Positions 1 to 9,021 of a DNA stretch of 64,000 nt are shown here, one piece after another. This stretch comes from Candidatus Undivivens industriae. Lineage in GTDB: Bacteria > Omnitrophota > Gorgyraeia > Gygaellales > Profunditerraquicolaceae. The stretch's first letter is position 1; each line of letters opens with the position of its first letter. Below the pieces are notes generated by a model that saw nothing but the letters and a program-made list of their open reading frames with translations, was not told the DNA's origin and made no database searches. Made by a program: the position numbers and the translations under genes. The DNA lies in NCBI GenBank assembly GCA_012514745.1, contig JAAYZR010000030.1:5946-69945 (forward strand), in the 5' to 3' direction.

Positions 1-509
1 TTATCCAGAAAAGACTGCATTATTCCGGAGCAGTTATCAAATGGGTGAAACCATCCGATATTCATTTTACTTTAAGGTTCTTGGGAGAGGTTAAAGAAGA
101 TAAAATCGGGGAACTCTGCGGCGCGGTAGAAAACGCGCTGCGCGGAATTCAGCCCTTCACCGTATCTTTCGGCGGGCTGGGGAGTTTCCCGGAGCATGGA
201 TACCCAAGGGTTATCTGGGCCGGGATAAAAGAAGGCGCCGATGAATTAGGCGCAATAGCGGAAGGATTGAGAGATCTGCCTGAAGGCTGCGGAGAGCCGG
301 CAGAAAAGAGGCGCTTCGCCGCGCACGCCACTCTAGGCAGGGTAAAAGAGAACCGCAATATAACGGCATTGAGGCGGTCGCTGGAAGACCCGGGAACCGC
401 CGAAGTTATTACGGGCCGCGGCTATATTCTGCGCTCGCTCACCCTTATGCGCACGGCCCCGGGACCGCTTTATACGCCGCTGATGACATTCAGCCTCACC
501 ACTATCTGA
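1..509 (+). CDS. thpR: RNA 2',3'-cyclic phosphodiesterase (LigT/ThpR, 2H phosphoesterase), 5'-truncated at window edge
   Basis: Two H-x-T-x motifs (HFTLRFLG and HATLGRV). The frame stays open back to position 3 (translation IQKRLHYSGAVIKWVKPSDIHFTLRF), which matches the ThpR N-terminal region, so the true start lies upstream of the window. Confidence 0.8.
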   Translation, partial: IQKRLHYSGAVIKWVKPSDIHFTLRFLGEVKEDKIGELCGAVENALRGIQPFTVSFGGLGSFPEHGYPRVIWAGIKEGADELGAIAEGLRDLPEGCGEPAEKRRFAAHATLGRVKENRNITALRRSLEDPGTAEVITGRGYILRSLTLMRTAPGPLYTPLMTFSLTTI

Positions 510-940
510 AGCAGAACATTGGTATATAAAGCCGCCATAATGTCGTCGCTCATTATCCCGGCACTGCCTTTCAGAGACTGCAATTTGTCGGCCGGAAAAG
601 GTTTCAGCGCGTCAAAAACCCTGAACAAAATGAATCCCGCGACCACGATTCTGACGTCGTATGGAAGAAGGGCCAGAGACAAAAGCATACCGCTGACCTC
701 ATCGATCACCACGCAATTAGGGTCCTTGCGCCCGAAGATACGCTCCCCTTCCCCGGAAAGTAAAACACCGGCAACGGTCACCAGCGCAAACGCCAGAAGA
801 TAAAGCTGCGGACTGTCTTTGACCAGAAAATACAAACCCAGTCCTGCCAGACTGCCGGCAGTGCCGGGAGCCACCGGGCAATAACCGAAGTAGAAGAAAG
901 TTATAACGGGCTTGGCGAGAAAATCGGGTATTATGCGCAT
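470..940 (-). CDS. pgpA: phosphatidylglycerophosphatase A
   Basis: 156 aa with the PgpA signature GTAGSLAG and a hydrophobic profile. Its 3' end overlaps thpR convergently by 40 nt. Confidence 0.8.
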   Translation of the reverse strand: MRIIPDFLAKPVITFFYFGYCPVAPGTAGSLAGLGLYFLVKDSPQLYLLAFALVTVAGVLLSGEGERIFGRKDPNCVVIDEVSGMLLSLALLPYDVRIVVAGFILFRVFDALKPFPADKLQSLKGSAGIMSDDIMAALYTNVLLQIVVRLNVISGV

Positions 941-1086
941 AAAGACCTCGGTGAACGGCTAAGGTAACGCAGCCAGTATCGGTTTTCGGTTACGGCAACG
1001 TCTAAAAGCTTGCGATAGAAGGAACTGGCATCGTAACCGTAACCGACAGACCGGAATTTGTAATAGAACCTCTTGCAAATCCAAAA
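941..1086. repeat. Copy A of a conserved bipartite intergenic element (5' leader of pgpA)
   Basis: Contains CATCGTAACCGTAACCG at about 1029-1045, identical to the 17-mer at 22989-23005. Also contains ACGGCTAAGGTAAC at about 954-967, matching 22855-22868. The middle segment cggttttcgg is the reverse complement of ccgaaaaccg in copy B. Confidence 0.5.
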
Positions 1087-1665
1087 TTATAATTTCGTGA
1101 TTATACGGCGGTTCTCCCAGAGATAATACAGGCCGGAATAAAGTGTCAGCCCGACGGTGATGACCATCAGCACGTAGATACCCTGCCGGAAGAAACTCTC
1201 CCAGGAAGGATTCCAGGTGAAAAAGGTCAACATCATTTCTTTCAGCACCACGAATATCAGTATCAACACGATCACCGACATCTGCGACACGGTTTTATGC
1301 TTGCCGGCCTTTGCCGCCGAAAGCACTTTGCCCTTGTTCAGCGCGAAGAGGCGCAACGAAGTTATCAGTATCTCCCTCGAGATAATAATAACGAACATCC
1401 AGGCGTCCACCAGTTGCATCTGCACGAAGGCCGCGAAGGCGGCCAATACCAGGATCTTATCCGCGATCGGGTCCATAAGCTTGCCGAAATCCGTGACCAT
1501 ATTGCGCTTCTGGGCGATGCGGCCGTCCAGGAAATCCGAGACGGCGGCCAGCGCGAAGATCACCAGGCTGATCACCTTGGCCCAGAGGCCGTGGATGAAA
1601 AGAAAAAACATGAACACGAAGGTGAATACTATCCGCAAAACCGTAAGACGATTGGCTAAGTTCAT
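1087..1665 (-). CDS. pgsA: CDP-diacylglycerol--glycerol-3-phosphate 3-phosphatidyltransferase
   Basis: CDP-alcohol phosphatidyltransferase motif DFLDGRIAQKRNMVTDFGKLMDPIADK. Multi-TM protein with the typical MNLANRLTVLRI start. Confidence 0.9.
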   Translation of the reverse strand: MNLANRLTVLRIVFTFVFMFFLFIHGLWAKVISLVIFALAAVSDFLDGRIAQKRNMVTDFGKLMDPIADKILVLAAFAAFVQMQLVDAWMFVIIISREILITSLRLFALNKGKVLSAAKAGKHKTVSQMSVIVLILIFVVLKEMMLTFFTWNPSWESFFRQGIYVLMVITVGLTLYSGLYYLWENRRIITKL

Positions 1666-2948
1666 AATAAGGCTTCTCCTGTAAGGTCGTACTCTAAAGC
1701 ACCGTCCACGCGCACCCTGACCATACTCCCGGGTTTAACCGGCCTGCGCGTCTTCACGTAAACCATGCCGTCCACTTCCGGAGCGTCGTATTCGCTCCTG
1801 CCGGAGTAAACGTAAGCGGGATCCGGGGGATCCTCCCCTTCCGGTAAAGCCGCCTCCTCTTCCACCAGCACATCCAGTTCTTTGCCGAGCATTGCGCGGT
1901 TGTTCTCCGCCGATATCCCCTGCTGAAGGGACATCAATTCGTCGAAGCGGGAGCGCTTTATCTTCTCCGGCACCTGCTCCGGCATGGCCGCCGCCGGCGT
2001 ACCCTCTTCCCTGGAATATATGAACACCCCGAGCCGCTCGAAACGCGCCTCCTTGACGAAATCCGCAAGTTCCCTGAACTCTTGATCCGTCTCCGACGGG
2101 AACCCGACGATGAAAGTGGTCCTTATCGCCGCCCCGGGCAGACTGCTGCGCACCTGATCTACCAAACGCAACAAATAATCCTTTCCGCACCGCCTGCCCA
2201 TTTTCTTCAGTATGCGCCCGTTTATATGCTGGAGAGGCAGATCGATATACCGGCAAAACTTTTCCTCCCGGCGCATCAGGGCCGTCACCTTCTCCACTTC
2301 CGGCCCCGGATAAAGGTAAAGCAGCCGCAACCAGCGTGTCCTGCGGCAGCGCCGCGCCAATTTCCTAAGCATCGACGAAAGCGTGACGCCGCCGGCCAGA
2401 TCGAAGCCGTAAGCCGTCAGGTCCTGCGCGATGACGTTTATTTCTTTCACCCCGGATGCGTCCAGCCTCCCGGCCCTCTCGAGCAATTCCTTCTCCGGGA
2501 CGCTGGTGAACCTCCCCTTGATGGACGGGATGACGCAATACGAGCAGCGGCTGACACATCCCTCGGATATCTTTAGATAAGCGTAATGCTCCGGCGTGAG
2601 ACGGTAAAGTCCGCACCCGCCGCACCAGCCGGGAGAGATCCTGCCCACAAAAGCGTCAACCTCAGGGAATTCCCTCTTTAATTCATCCGCGTAGCGCTGA
2701 ACGAGGCACCCCTGAACGACAATCCTCTTCAAGACGCCTTTTTTCTTGAGTTCGATCAAATCGAGTATCGCGTCTATGGATTCTCGTTTGGCGTCGTTCA
2801 CGAAAGCGCAGGTATTGACTATCCCGATCTCCGCTTCGTGTATATCTGTGATCTTGTAACCTTTATGGAAGAGCCTGCCGCAGACCGACTCGGAGTCCGC
2901 CAGGTTCCTGGGGCATCCCAGGCTAAGTATGCCTACGGCAGGTTTCAT
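1662..2948 (-). CDS. rimO: ribosomal protein S12 methylthiotransferase (radical SAM MTTase with C-terminal TRAM domain)
   Basis: N-terminal MTTase domain (GCPRN), radical-SAM CxxxCxxC (CSYCVIP) and a C-terminal TRAM-like beta region; 428 aa. Confidence 0.85.
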   Translation of the reverse strand: MKPAVGILSLGCPRNLADSESVCGRLFHKGYKITDIHEAEIGIVNTCAFVNDAKRESIDAILDLIELKKKGVLKRIVVQGCLVQRYADELKREFPEVDAFVGRISPGWCGGCGLYRLTPEHYAYLKISEGCVSRCSYCVIPSIKGRFTSVPEKELLERAGRLDASGVKEINVIAQDLTAYGFDLAGGVTLSSMLRKLARRCRRTRWLRLLYLYPGPEVEKVTALMRREEKFCRYIDLPLQHINGRILKKMGRRCGKDYLLRLVDQVRSSLPGAAIRTTFIVGFPSETDQEFRELADFVKEARFERLGVFIYSREEGTPAAAMPEQVPEKIKRSRFDELMSLQQGISAENNRAMLGKELDVLVEEEAALPEGEDPPDPAYVYSGRSEYDAPEVDGMVYVKTRRPVKPGSMVRVRVDGALEYDLTGEALL

Positions 2949-3751
2949 CTGCCTATTTCCAGTCCCTTACGGCTGATAATGATGTTTTTCAGGGCCTGTC
3001 CGCGCCGGCCCAGGTTGGGTATGAATTTACCGTTGATTTCGAGTTCCACCGCTCCCGCGTTACCGAGCGAAAGCTCTCCTTTGTCCTTGAAAATGAAGTT
3101 CTCAAACCTTCCCTTTCTCAGCAGGCTGCGAAAAACCACCTTACCGTCGGCCTTGAGATTTACCCAGCAGTCCTCTTTGGCCCTGATCACCAGGCGTATC
3201 TCGGAATCCGCGGACTGCGGAAAAGACTGCTCGGCGGGCCGGGCGCTTTTAGACTTTTTCGTCGGCAGCGCCCGGGTTGCTGCACGCGGCTGAACAGCCA
3301 AGACGGCGCGCTTCGCCGGCTTGTTTTTTAAAAAAGCCCCTATTTTACCGGCGATGAAGAGCAAAAATAGGGCGGCAATAACCGCCGCGATTATCTTCAT
3401 TACTCCGGGATTTATGCGGAAACGCGGGGCGTTGCGCGGCGTAACTTTCAAGCCGGTGCCGTGCAGAGGTTTTGTCACTTTTTCTTCAGAAGCAGAAGGC
3501 GGCTGGATTTCCTGTTCCGGTCTGGCGGCGGAAGGCGCCTCCGAGCGGAAATACTCTGCGGCATCCACCCCCAGAAAAACGCAGTATATCTTGATGAAAC
3601 CCTTCAAGTATACCGGATTTATATTGGCGACGCTGTCTTCCTCTATCGCCTTTATTATATGTATATTTATTCTGGTCTTCCGATGCGCCTCTTCAAGAGT
3701 GCATCCTTTTTCCAGCCTGAGTTGTTTTAATCTTGCTCCCGGTGAATCCAT
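2945..3751 (-). CDS. RodZ-like cytoskeletal protein (HTH + TM + DUF4115)
   Basis: N-terminal Xre-type HTH (LRLEKGCTLEEAHRKTRINIHIIKAIEE), a central hydrophobic segment and a C-terminal DUF4115-like beta domain. Confidence 0.6.
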   Translation of the reverse strand: MDSPGARLKQLRLEKGCTLEEAHRKTRINIHIIKAIEEDSVANINPVYLKGFIKIYCVFLGVDAAEYFRSEAPSAARPEQEIQPPSASEEKVTKPLHGTGLKVTPRNAPRFRINPGVMKIIAAVIAALFLLFIAGKIGAFLKNKPAKRAVLAVQPRAATRALPTKKSKSARPAEQSFPQSADSEIRLVIRAKEDCWVNLKADGKVVFRSLLRKGRFENFIFKDKGELSLGNAGAVELEINGKFIPNLGRRGQALKNIIISRKGLEIGR

Positions 3752-3766
3752 TCCGGCTTTCTCCTA

Positions 3767-6040
3767 TCAAGAGGAAGAAACGCTTTCTTCTTCCCTGCCT
3801 TCTCTTGCCATCATATCTTTTTGCAGCCACTCTTCCCGGTCTATAACTATCTTGCGCGGTTTGCTTCCCTCGAACGGACCGACCAGTCCGTCCTGTTCCA
3901 TCATATCTATTATTCTGGCGGCGCGGCTGTAACCCAGCCGGAGCCTGCGCTGCAGGATAGAAACGGAGGCCTGGTTGGTCTCCATCACCACCCTCACCGC
4001 CTCGGCGTACATCTCGTCCTTGTCCCCGCCTCCGGTAAAGGTCTTCCCATGTTCCTTAAGCACCTCTTCTCTGTAAACCGGTTCGGCCTGTTTTTTGATG
4101 AAATCCACTATGTGGTCTATCTCCTTGTCGGAGACCAGCGCCCCCTGCGCCCGTATCAATTTGGCCTCCCCGGGCCGCAGGAAAAGCATATCGCCTTTAC
4201 CGAGCAGTTTGTCGGCGCCGTTCATATCAAGCACGGTCCTGGAATCCACCTTGGAGGGAACTTTGAAAGATACCCTGGATGGAAAATTAGCCTTGATGAC
4301 GCCGGTGATGACGTCCACCGAAGGACGCTGGGTGGCCAGTATAAGGTGTATGCCCACCGCCCTGGAAAGCTGCGCCAGCCTGGCGATCGCGCTCTCTATC
4401 TGATCCCTGGACACGCTCATCAAATCCGCCAGCTCGTCAACGATGATGACTATGTAAGGCATCTTTTCCTGCCCCACCTGCTGGGCGTTGTAAGCGGTGA
4501 TGTTCCTGGCGCCGGCCTTTGCCAGCATACGGTAACGCTCTTCCATTTCCCCCACCAGCCAGTTCAGCGCCACAGCGGCTTTCTTGGCCTCGGTTACGAC
4601 CGGGCATAATAAATGCGGCATCCCGTTGAAAGGCGCCAGTTCGACCATCTTGGGATCGACCATAAGCAGTTTTAGCTGCTCCGGAGAAAACTTTAGCAGT
4701 AAAGAAAGTATCAGGCAGTTCACGCAGACCGTTTTTCCGGAACCTGTGGTTCCTGCGATAAGAAGGTGCGGCATGTCGCCCAGGTCCGCAACCACAGGCT
4801 GTCCGGTGATGTCCTTGCCGAGCGCCAAAGGCAGTTTATACTTGGTCTCGGTGAAATCCCGCGAAGAAAGAATATCTTTTAGATAAACCAGGCTGCTTTG
4901 CATATTCGGGACTTCCACCCCCACCCGCCCTTTGCCGGGTATGGGCGCGACTATACGCACGGACTGCGCTTTCATCGCCAGGGCGATATCGTCCCCAAGC
5001 ACCACTATCTTGTTAAGTTTGACCCCTGGCGCAGGTTCCAGTTCGTAACGAGTGATAACCGGCCCGCGCTCCACGTTGGTAACTTTCACGGAAATGCCGA
5101 AATCGCTCATCGTCTCTTCCAGGATGCGCGCGTTACCGGCGAGATCTTCTCTTATCTGACGGGCCTCCACCGGAGGAGGAGAATCCAGAAGTTCATACGT
5201 GGGAAGCTGGTAGTCGCCCACCTTCACCGGCTTAGGCGCGGGAGGAGGCTCCTGTCTGGACTGAGCGGGCTGGGCTTTGATGATAACCTGGGCCTTCTTT
5301 TCCGGTTTTACCGCCGGAACGAAACCTTTCTTGATCTTCTCGATTATGTTCTCTTTCGGCTCCTGCCGGCTCCTCGTCCGCGGATCTACTTCTTCCGCCT
5401 CACCGTCGTTTATCTCGGGCCGGGAACCCCTGCTCCTGCGCTGTCCCGCGTAAGGACGCCTTTCGTCCGCCGGCCTTCCCGCCCGCAACGATCCCACGGC
5501 TTCTCCGGCCCTCTCTACGGTCTTCATCACCAGCGTAGATATCAAAACTTCCGTAACCAGCGCGAAAGAAAGAAGTCCGAGCGTGATAAAGAGGATATAT
5601 CCTCCCAGTTTCCCGAAGTAAGAACTCACGAAACCGGAGAGCAGAAAACCGAAATATCCAGACGCGGAAAAAGCGGCGTGGCGGTTGGCGGAGATGAATA
5701 TGCCGGCTATAGAACTAACGGAAAGCATGAGAAGAAGCATCCCCATCAGGCGCGGCAGCCTCAAGTCCGGCCGCCTCTGTTTGAAAAATAACACCCCGCC
5801 GGCCAGCACGAACAAAGGAATAAGGTAACTGGAGACTCCGAAGAAAAAGAAAAGGACACCCGAGAAATAGGCCCCGAATGTCCTTATAAAGTTTTTAGGA
5901 GGTACGTTGGGATGCGTGGTGTAGAACGAAATGTCGAACGGCGTGAAAGAGACCAGCCCGGCCAGTATTATTAAACCCGCGGCAAGTAGAATAATCCCCT
6001 TGATCTCGTTGAACCTGCGTTCTTTCACCTCTGCCCACAA
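3767..6040 (-). CDS. ftsK: DNA translocase FtsK
   Basis: N-terminal TM helices, Pro/Gln-rich linker, Walker A GTTGSGKT, and a C-terminal gamma winged-helix (QASVSILQRRLRLGYSRAARIIDMME). Confidence 0.9.
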   Translation of the reverse strand: MWAEVKERRFNEIKGIILLAAGLIILAGLVSFTPFDISFYTTHPNVPPKNFIRTFGAYFSGVLFFFFGVSSYLIPLFVLAGGVLFFKQRRPDLRLPRLMGMLLLMLSVSSIAGIFISANRHAAFSASGYFGFLLSGFVSSYFGKLGGYILFITLGLLSFALVTEVLISTLVMKTVERAGEAVGSLRAGRPADERRPYAGQRRSRGSRPEINDGEAEEVDPRTRSRQEPKENIIEKIKKGFVPAVKPEKKAQVIIKAQPAQSRQEPPPAPKPVKVGDYQLPTYELLDSPPPVEARQIREDLAGNARILEETMSDFGISVKVTNVERGPVITRYELEPAPGVKLNKIVVLGDDIALAMKAQSVRIVAPIPGKGRVGVEVPNMQSSLVYLKDILSSRDFTETKYKLPLALGKDITGQPVVADLGDMPHLLIAGTTGSGKTVCVNCLILSLLLKFSPEQLKLLMVDPKMVELAPFNGMPHLLCPVVTEAKKAAVALNWLVGEMEERYRMLAKAGARNITAYNAQQVGQEKMPYIVIIVDELADLMSVSRDQIESAIARLAQLSRAVGIHLILATQRPSVDVITGVIKANFPSRVSFKVPSKVDSRTVLDMNGADKLLGKGDMLFLRPGEAKLIRAQGALVSDKEIDHIVDFIKKQAEPVYREEVLKEHGKTFTGGGDKDEMYAEAVRVVMETNQASVSILQRRLRLGYSRAARIIDMMEQDGLVGPFEGSKPRKIVIDREEWLQKDMMAREGREEESVSSS

Positions 6041-6065
6041 TAATTTTTCGAGAGCGGAAAACGGA

Positions 6066-8153
6066 TTACGCTTCCGTGCCCGGAAGAGCCTGTTTGCGGC
6101 TCAGGTTAATCCTGCCCAGTTCGTCTATTCCCGTGACTTTCACGTTGAACTGGTCCCCGACCTTGACCTCTTCTTCGATGTTCTTGACGAAATGATCGGA
6201 GAGCTCAGAAATATGCACAAGCCCTTCTTTACCGGGAGCGATCTCGCAGAAGGCGCCGAAATTCATTATCCTCTTGACCCTGACAGAATAGACGCGTCCG
6301 ACCTCGACGTCGTCCGTTATAGCCTTGATCATATTGATCGCTTCCTGGGACTTCGCCGGTTCGTTGGATGCGACGAGGACCGTGCCGTCGTCTTCTATAT
6401 CTATGCTGGCGCCGGTGGCGGCGATGATCTTCTTTATCGTCTTGCCGCCCGGGCCTATAAGTTCGCCGATCTTCTCGGTGTTTATTTTTAACACGTCGAT
6501 ACGCGGAGCATACGCCGAAAGTTCCGCTCTGGGGGCGTCCAGCGCTTCCTTCATTTTACCCAGGATGAACATCCGCGCTTCCTTGGACTGCATAAGGCAT
6601 TTTTCCAGCAGTTCGAGATCTATGCCCGGTATCTTAAGGTCCATCTGAACGGCGGTCATCCCCTGCTTGGTGCCGGCGACCTTGAAATCCATATCGCCGA
6701 AATGATCCTCCAACCCGCTGATGTCCGTCAGCACCGCGGCCTTGGAACCTTCCTTAACAAGACCCATCGCCACGCCGCTTACCGCGTCCTTTATGGGAAC
6801 GCCGGCGTCCATCAACGAAAGAGTCCCGGCGCAAACCGTAGCCATACTCGAAGATCCGTTCGATTCCAGTATCTCTGAAACAAGCCTGACGGTGTAGGGA
6901 AATTTATCTTTACCGGGCATAACCGCCAACAACGCCTTTTCGGCCAGCGCGCCGTGCCCGATCTCCCTCCTGCCCGGCCCGCGCACAGGCCTGGTCTCCC
7001 CCACGCTGAAAGGCGGAAAAGTATAATGAAGAATAAACGATTTGTATCTTTCCCCCTCCAGCGACTCTATCATCTGTTCATCGTCGCCGGTCCCCAAAGT
7101 AGTAATTGCCAGGCTCTGGGTCTGCCCGCGTGTGAAGAGGCTTGAACCGTGCGTGCGCGGCAGGACCGATACCCCGCAGGTTATGGGCCTGACCTCGGTA
7201 AAACTCCGGCCGTCTATGCGCTTGTTCCCGTGCAAAATTATGTCCCTGACCTGTTTCTTCTCCACTTCGACCAGCGCGGACTTGATATCGGCGGCCTCGT
7301 GGCCTTCGGCGGTCAGCGCGGACTCCAGTTCCTTGGCCACTATGCTTATCGCTTCCTCTCGCTCTTCCTTTTTGGAAAGCTTGTAAACCTCCTTAAGCCT
7401 TTCCGCGGAAAGAGACTCGACCTTCGCGCAGAGCTTCGGATCCAGCAGTTTATAGGTCATCTCGCGTTTCTGCCTACCGAACTTATTGGCGAACTCCTTC
7501 TGCAGGTTGATAATCGGCTGAACCTGCTCGAAAGCAAGCCGCGCCGCCTGTATATAAAGTTCCTCGGAAACTTCTCTGCCGCGGGATTCAAGCATTACCA
7601 CGCCGTCGGACTTGGCGGCCATAACCACCTCAAGAACCGACTCTTCGATCTGCTTGTAAGTAGGATTGACCACGAATTCGCCGTTGACGTGTGCCACGCG
7701 GCAGCAGCCCAGCGGGCCGTTAAAAGGGATATCGGATATCGTCAGGGCGGCGGACGCGCCTATTACGCCCAGTATATCGGATTCATTCTCGCCGTCGCTG
7801 GAAAGAACGATCGCCATAATCTGCACGTCGTTGTAAATGCCCCTGGGAAAAAGGGGACGCACCGGCCGGTCTATAAGGCGGGCGTTTAATATCTCGCTCT
7901 CGGACGGCTTGCCTTCCCTTTTAAAAAACCCCCCCGGGATGCGCCCGGCGGCGTAAGTCTTCTCCTGGCATTCCACGGTAAGAGGGAAAAAATCGATGCC
8001 TTCCCTGGCGGTCTTGGACATACACGCGGTCACCAGAACTACCGTGCCGCCGTAATGAACGGTTACGGAACCGTTGGCCTGTTTGGCCAAAGAACCCGTT
8101 TCGAGCACTAAATCATTATTGCCTATCTTTACCCTCATTGTGTTGCATTGCAT
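6066..8153 (-). CDS. pnp: polyribonucleotide nucleotidyltransferase (PNPase)
   Basis: Two RNase PH domains plus KH and S1 domains; 695 aa; located immediately downstream of rpsO as in the canonical operon. An AAGG RBS lies 8 nt before the ATG at 8153. Confidence 0.95.
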   Translation of the reverse strand: MQCNTMRVKIGNNDLVLETGSLAKQANGSVTVHYGGTVVLVTACMSKTAREGIDFFPLTVECQEKTYAAGRIPGGFFKREGKPSESEILNARLIDRPVRPLFPRGIYNDVQIMAIVLSSDGENESDILGVIGASAALTISDIPFNGPLGCCRVAHVNGEFVVNPTYKQIEESVLEVVMAAKSDGVVMLESRGREVSEELYIQAARLAFEQVQPIINLQKEFANKFGRQKREMTYKLLDPKLCAKVESLSAERLKEVYKLSKKEEREEAISIVAKELESALTAEGHEAADIKSALVEVEKKQVRDIILHGNKRIDGRSFTEVRPITCGVSVLPRTHGSSLFTRGQTQSLAITTLGTGDDEQMIESLEGERYKSFILHYTFPPFSVGETRPVRGPGRREIGHGALAEKALLAVMPGKDKFPYTVRLVSEILESNGSSSMATVCAGTLSLMDAGVPIKDAVSGVAMGLVKEGSKAAVLTDISGLEDHFGDMDFKVAGTKQGMTAVQMDLKIPGIDLELLEKCLMQSKEARMFILGKMKEALDAPRAELSAYAPRIDVLKINTEKIGELIGPGGKTIKKIIAATGASIDIEDDGTVLVASNEPAKSQEAINMIKAITDDVEVGRVYSVRVKRIMNFGAFCEIAPGKEGLVHISELSDHFVKNIEEEVKVGDQFNVKVTGIDELGRINLSRKQALPGTEA

Positions 8154-8181
8154 ATTATTTGCCTTTCTAAGGTTTGGGGTT

Positions 8182-8460
8182 TTATTTCCGCAAATGGAGT
8201 TTACTCAGTATTTCCTCGTATTTCTTGATGTCGGTTTTCTTAAGGAAATTGAGGAGCCGCCTGCGTTTGCCGACAAGGGAAAGCAATCCTCTGCGGGAAT
8301 GATGATCTTTCTTATGGGACTTGAAATGATCGCCTAAACTGTTGATACGTTCGGTAAGAAGAGCTATTTGAACATCGGCCGAGCCGGTATCTTTCGCGTG
8401 CGTCTTATAACTCTCTATAATTGCCGTTTTCTTCTCTTTTACTAAAGCCAATTCAGTCAC
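8182..8460 (-). CDS. rpsO: 30S ribosomal protein S15
   Basis: [12 protein letters not shown] signature. The track start is GTG at 8458-8460, but a TTG at 8449-8451 with GGAGG 8 nt upstream is a better start (MALVKEK...). Confidence 0.95.
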   Translation of the reverse strand: MTELALVKEKKTAIIESYKTHAKDTGSADVQIALLTERINSLGDHFKSHKKDHHSRRGLLSLVGKRRRLLNFLKKTDIKKYEEILSKLHLRK

Positions 8461-8493
8461 CTCCTCTTTTCTTCACCTTTTAAATGTTTTTTT

Positions 8494-8522
8494 ATTATAA
8501 TCCACCTCTACGGCAAAGTCAA
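8494..8522 (-). promoter_or_regulatory. consensus sigma70 promoter for rpsO-pnp (TTGACT-17-TATAAT)
   Basis: On the minus strand, -35 TTGACT (plus 8517-8522) and -10 TATAAT (plus 8494-8499) with 17-nt spacing, about 35 nt upstream of the rpsO start. Confidence 0.5.
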
Positions 8523-8602
8523 TATTTAATATGGATAATTTGCTGACGCGGAACTCCGGGCCCTTAAGCTGTTTCCCACCCATCACGAATTGACATTATT
8601 CC

Positions 8603-8630
8603 TTGACTTTTTCTCCGTATTAAGTATACT
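8603..8630 (+). promoter_or_regulatory. sigma70-like promoter for rpmB (TTGACT-16-TATACT)
   Basis: -35 TTGACT at 8603-8608 and -10 TATACT at 8625-8630. A second TTGACA lies at 8590-8595. It is divergent from the rpsO promoter. Confidence 0.5.
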
Positions 8631-8681
8631 TATATCTTCAGTTGTTTGAACACTTGGACCCGGAATCTTCCGGGGGTAACT

Positions 8682-8939
8682 ATGGAGCGTGACATGTTAA
8701 AACAATGCGCTATTTGCGGCAAAAAAGCCCTCACGGGTAAAAAAGTGGTACGAAAAGGTATGCCTAAGAAACAGGGCGGTACCGGAAGCAAGATAAGCCG
8801 TTGGTCAAAACGAAGTTTTAATCCGAACCTGCAGAAAATGCGGCTGTTGGTCAAAGGAAAAACGGTCCGGGCCTTTGTCTGCGCAAAATGCATCAAAAAA
8901 GGCGGGTTCACGAAGGTAGCGGGTAAAAGCAAGAAATAA
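8682..8939 (+). CDS. rpmB: 50S ribosomal protein L28
   Basis: L28 core with zinc-ribbon cysteines (CAICGKK ... CAKC) and the NPNLQ motif. A GGGGG RBS lies 4 nt before the ATG at 8682; the track start at 8646 is probably too far upstream. Confidence 0.85.
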   Translation: MERDMLKQCAICGKKALTGKKVVRKGMPKKQGGTGSKISRWSKRSFNPNLQKMRLLVKGKTVRAFVCAKCIKKGGFTKVAGKSKK

Positions 8940-8970
8940 CTTAGTTCCGGCGCCGGGCCCTGGAATAGCA

Positions 8971-9003
8971 AAAAACGCGTATTTTTCATACGCGTTTTTT
9001 TGT
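8971..9003. terminator. bidirectional rho-independent terminator (ACGCGTAT-TTTTC-ATACGCGT flanked by A and T runs)
   Basis: Perfect 8-bp stem 8975-8982/8988-8995 with a T-run at 8996-9003 on plus and an A-run (T-run on minus) at 8971-8975. It sits between convergent rpmB and the secreted-protein gene. Confidence 0.6.
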
Positions 9004-9021
9004 TGGAACGACAAAACCGTT

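Noticed and set aside
4898-5791. 297-aa plus-strand ORF antisense to ftsK. Other long antisense ORFs behave the same way: 11483-12778, 25360-26181, 28536-29831, 49928-51397, 52005-53336 and 57161-58738.
   Set aside because: Each lies entirely within a strongly supported minus-strand gene. Their translations are Arg/Gly/Pro/His-rich and low-complexity, typical of GC-rich antisense frames, and none has an RBS or motifs.
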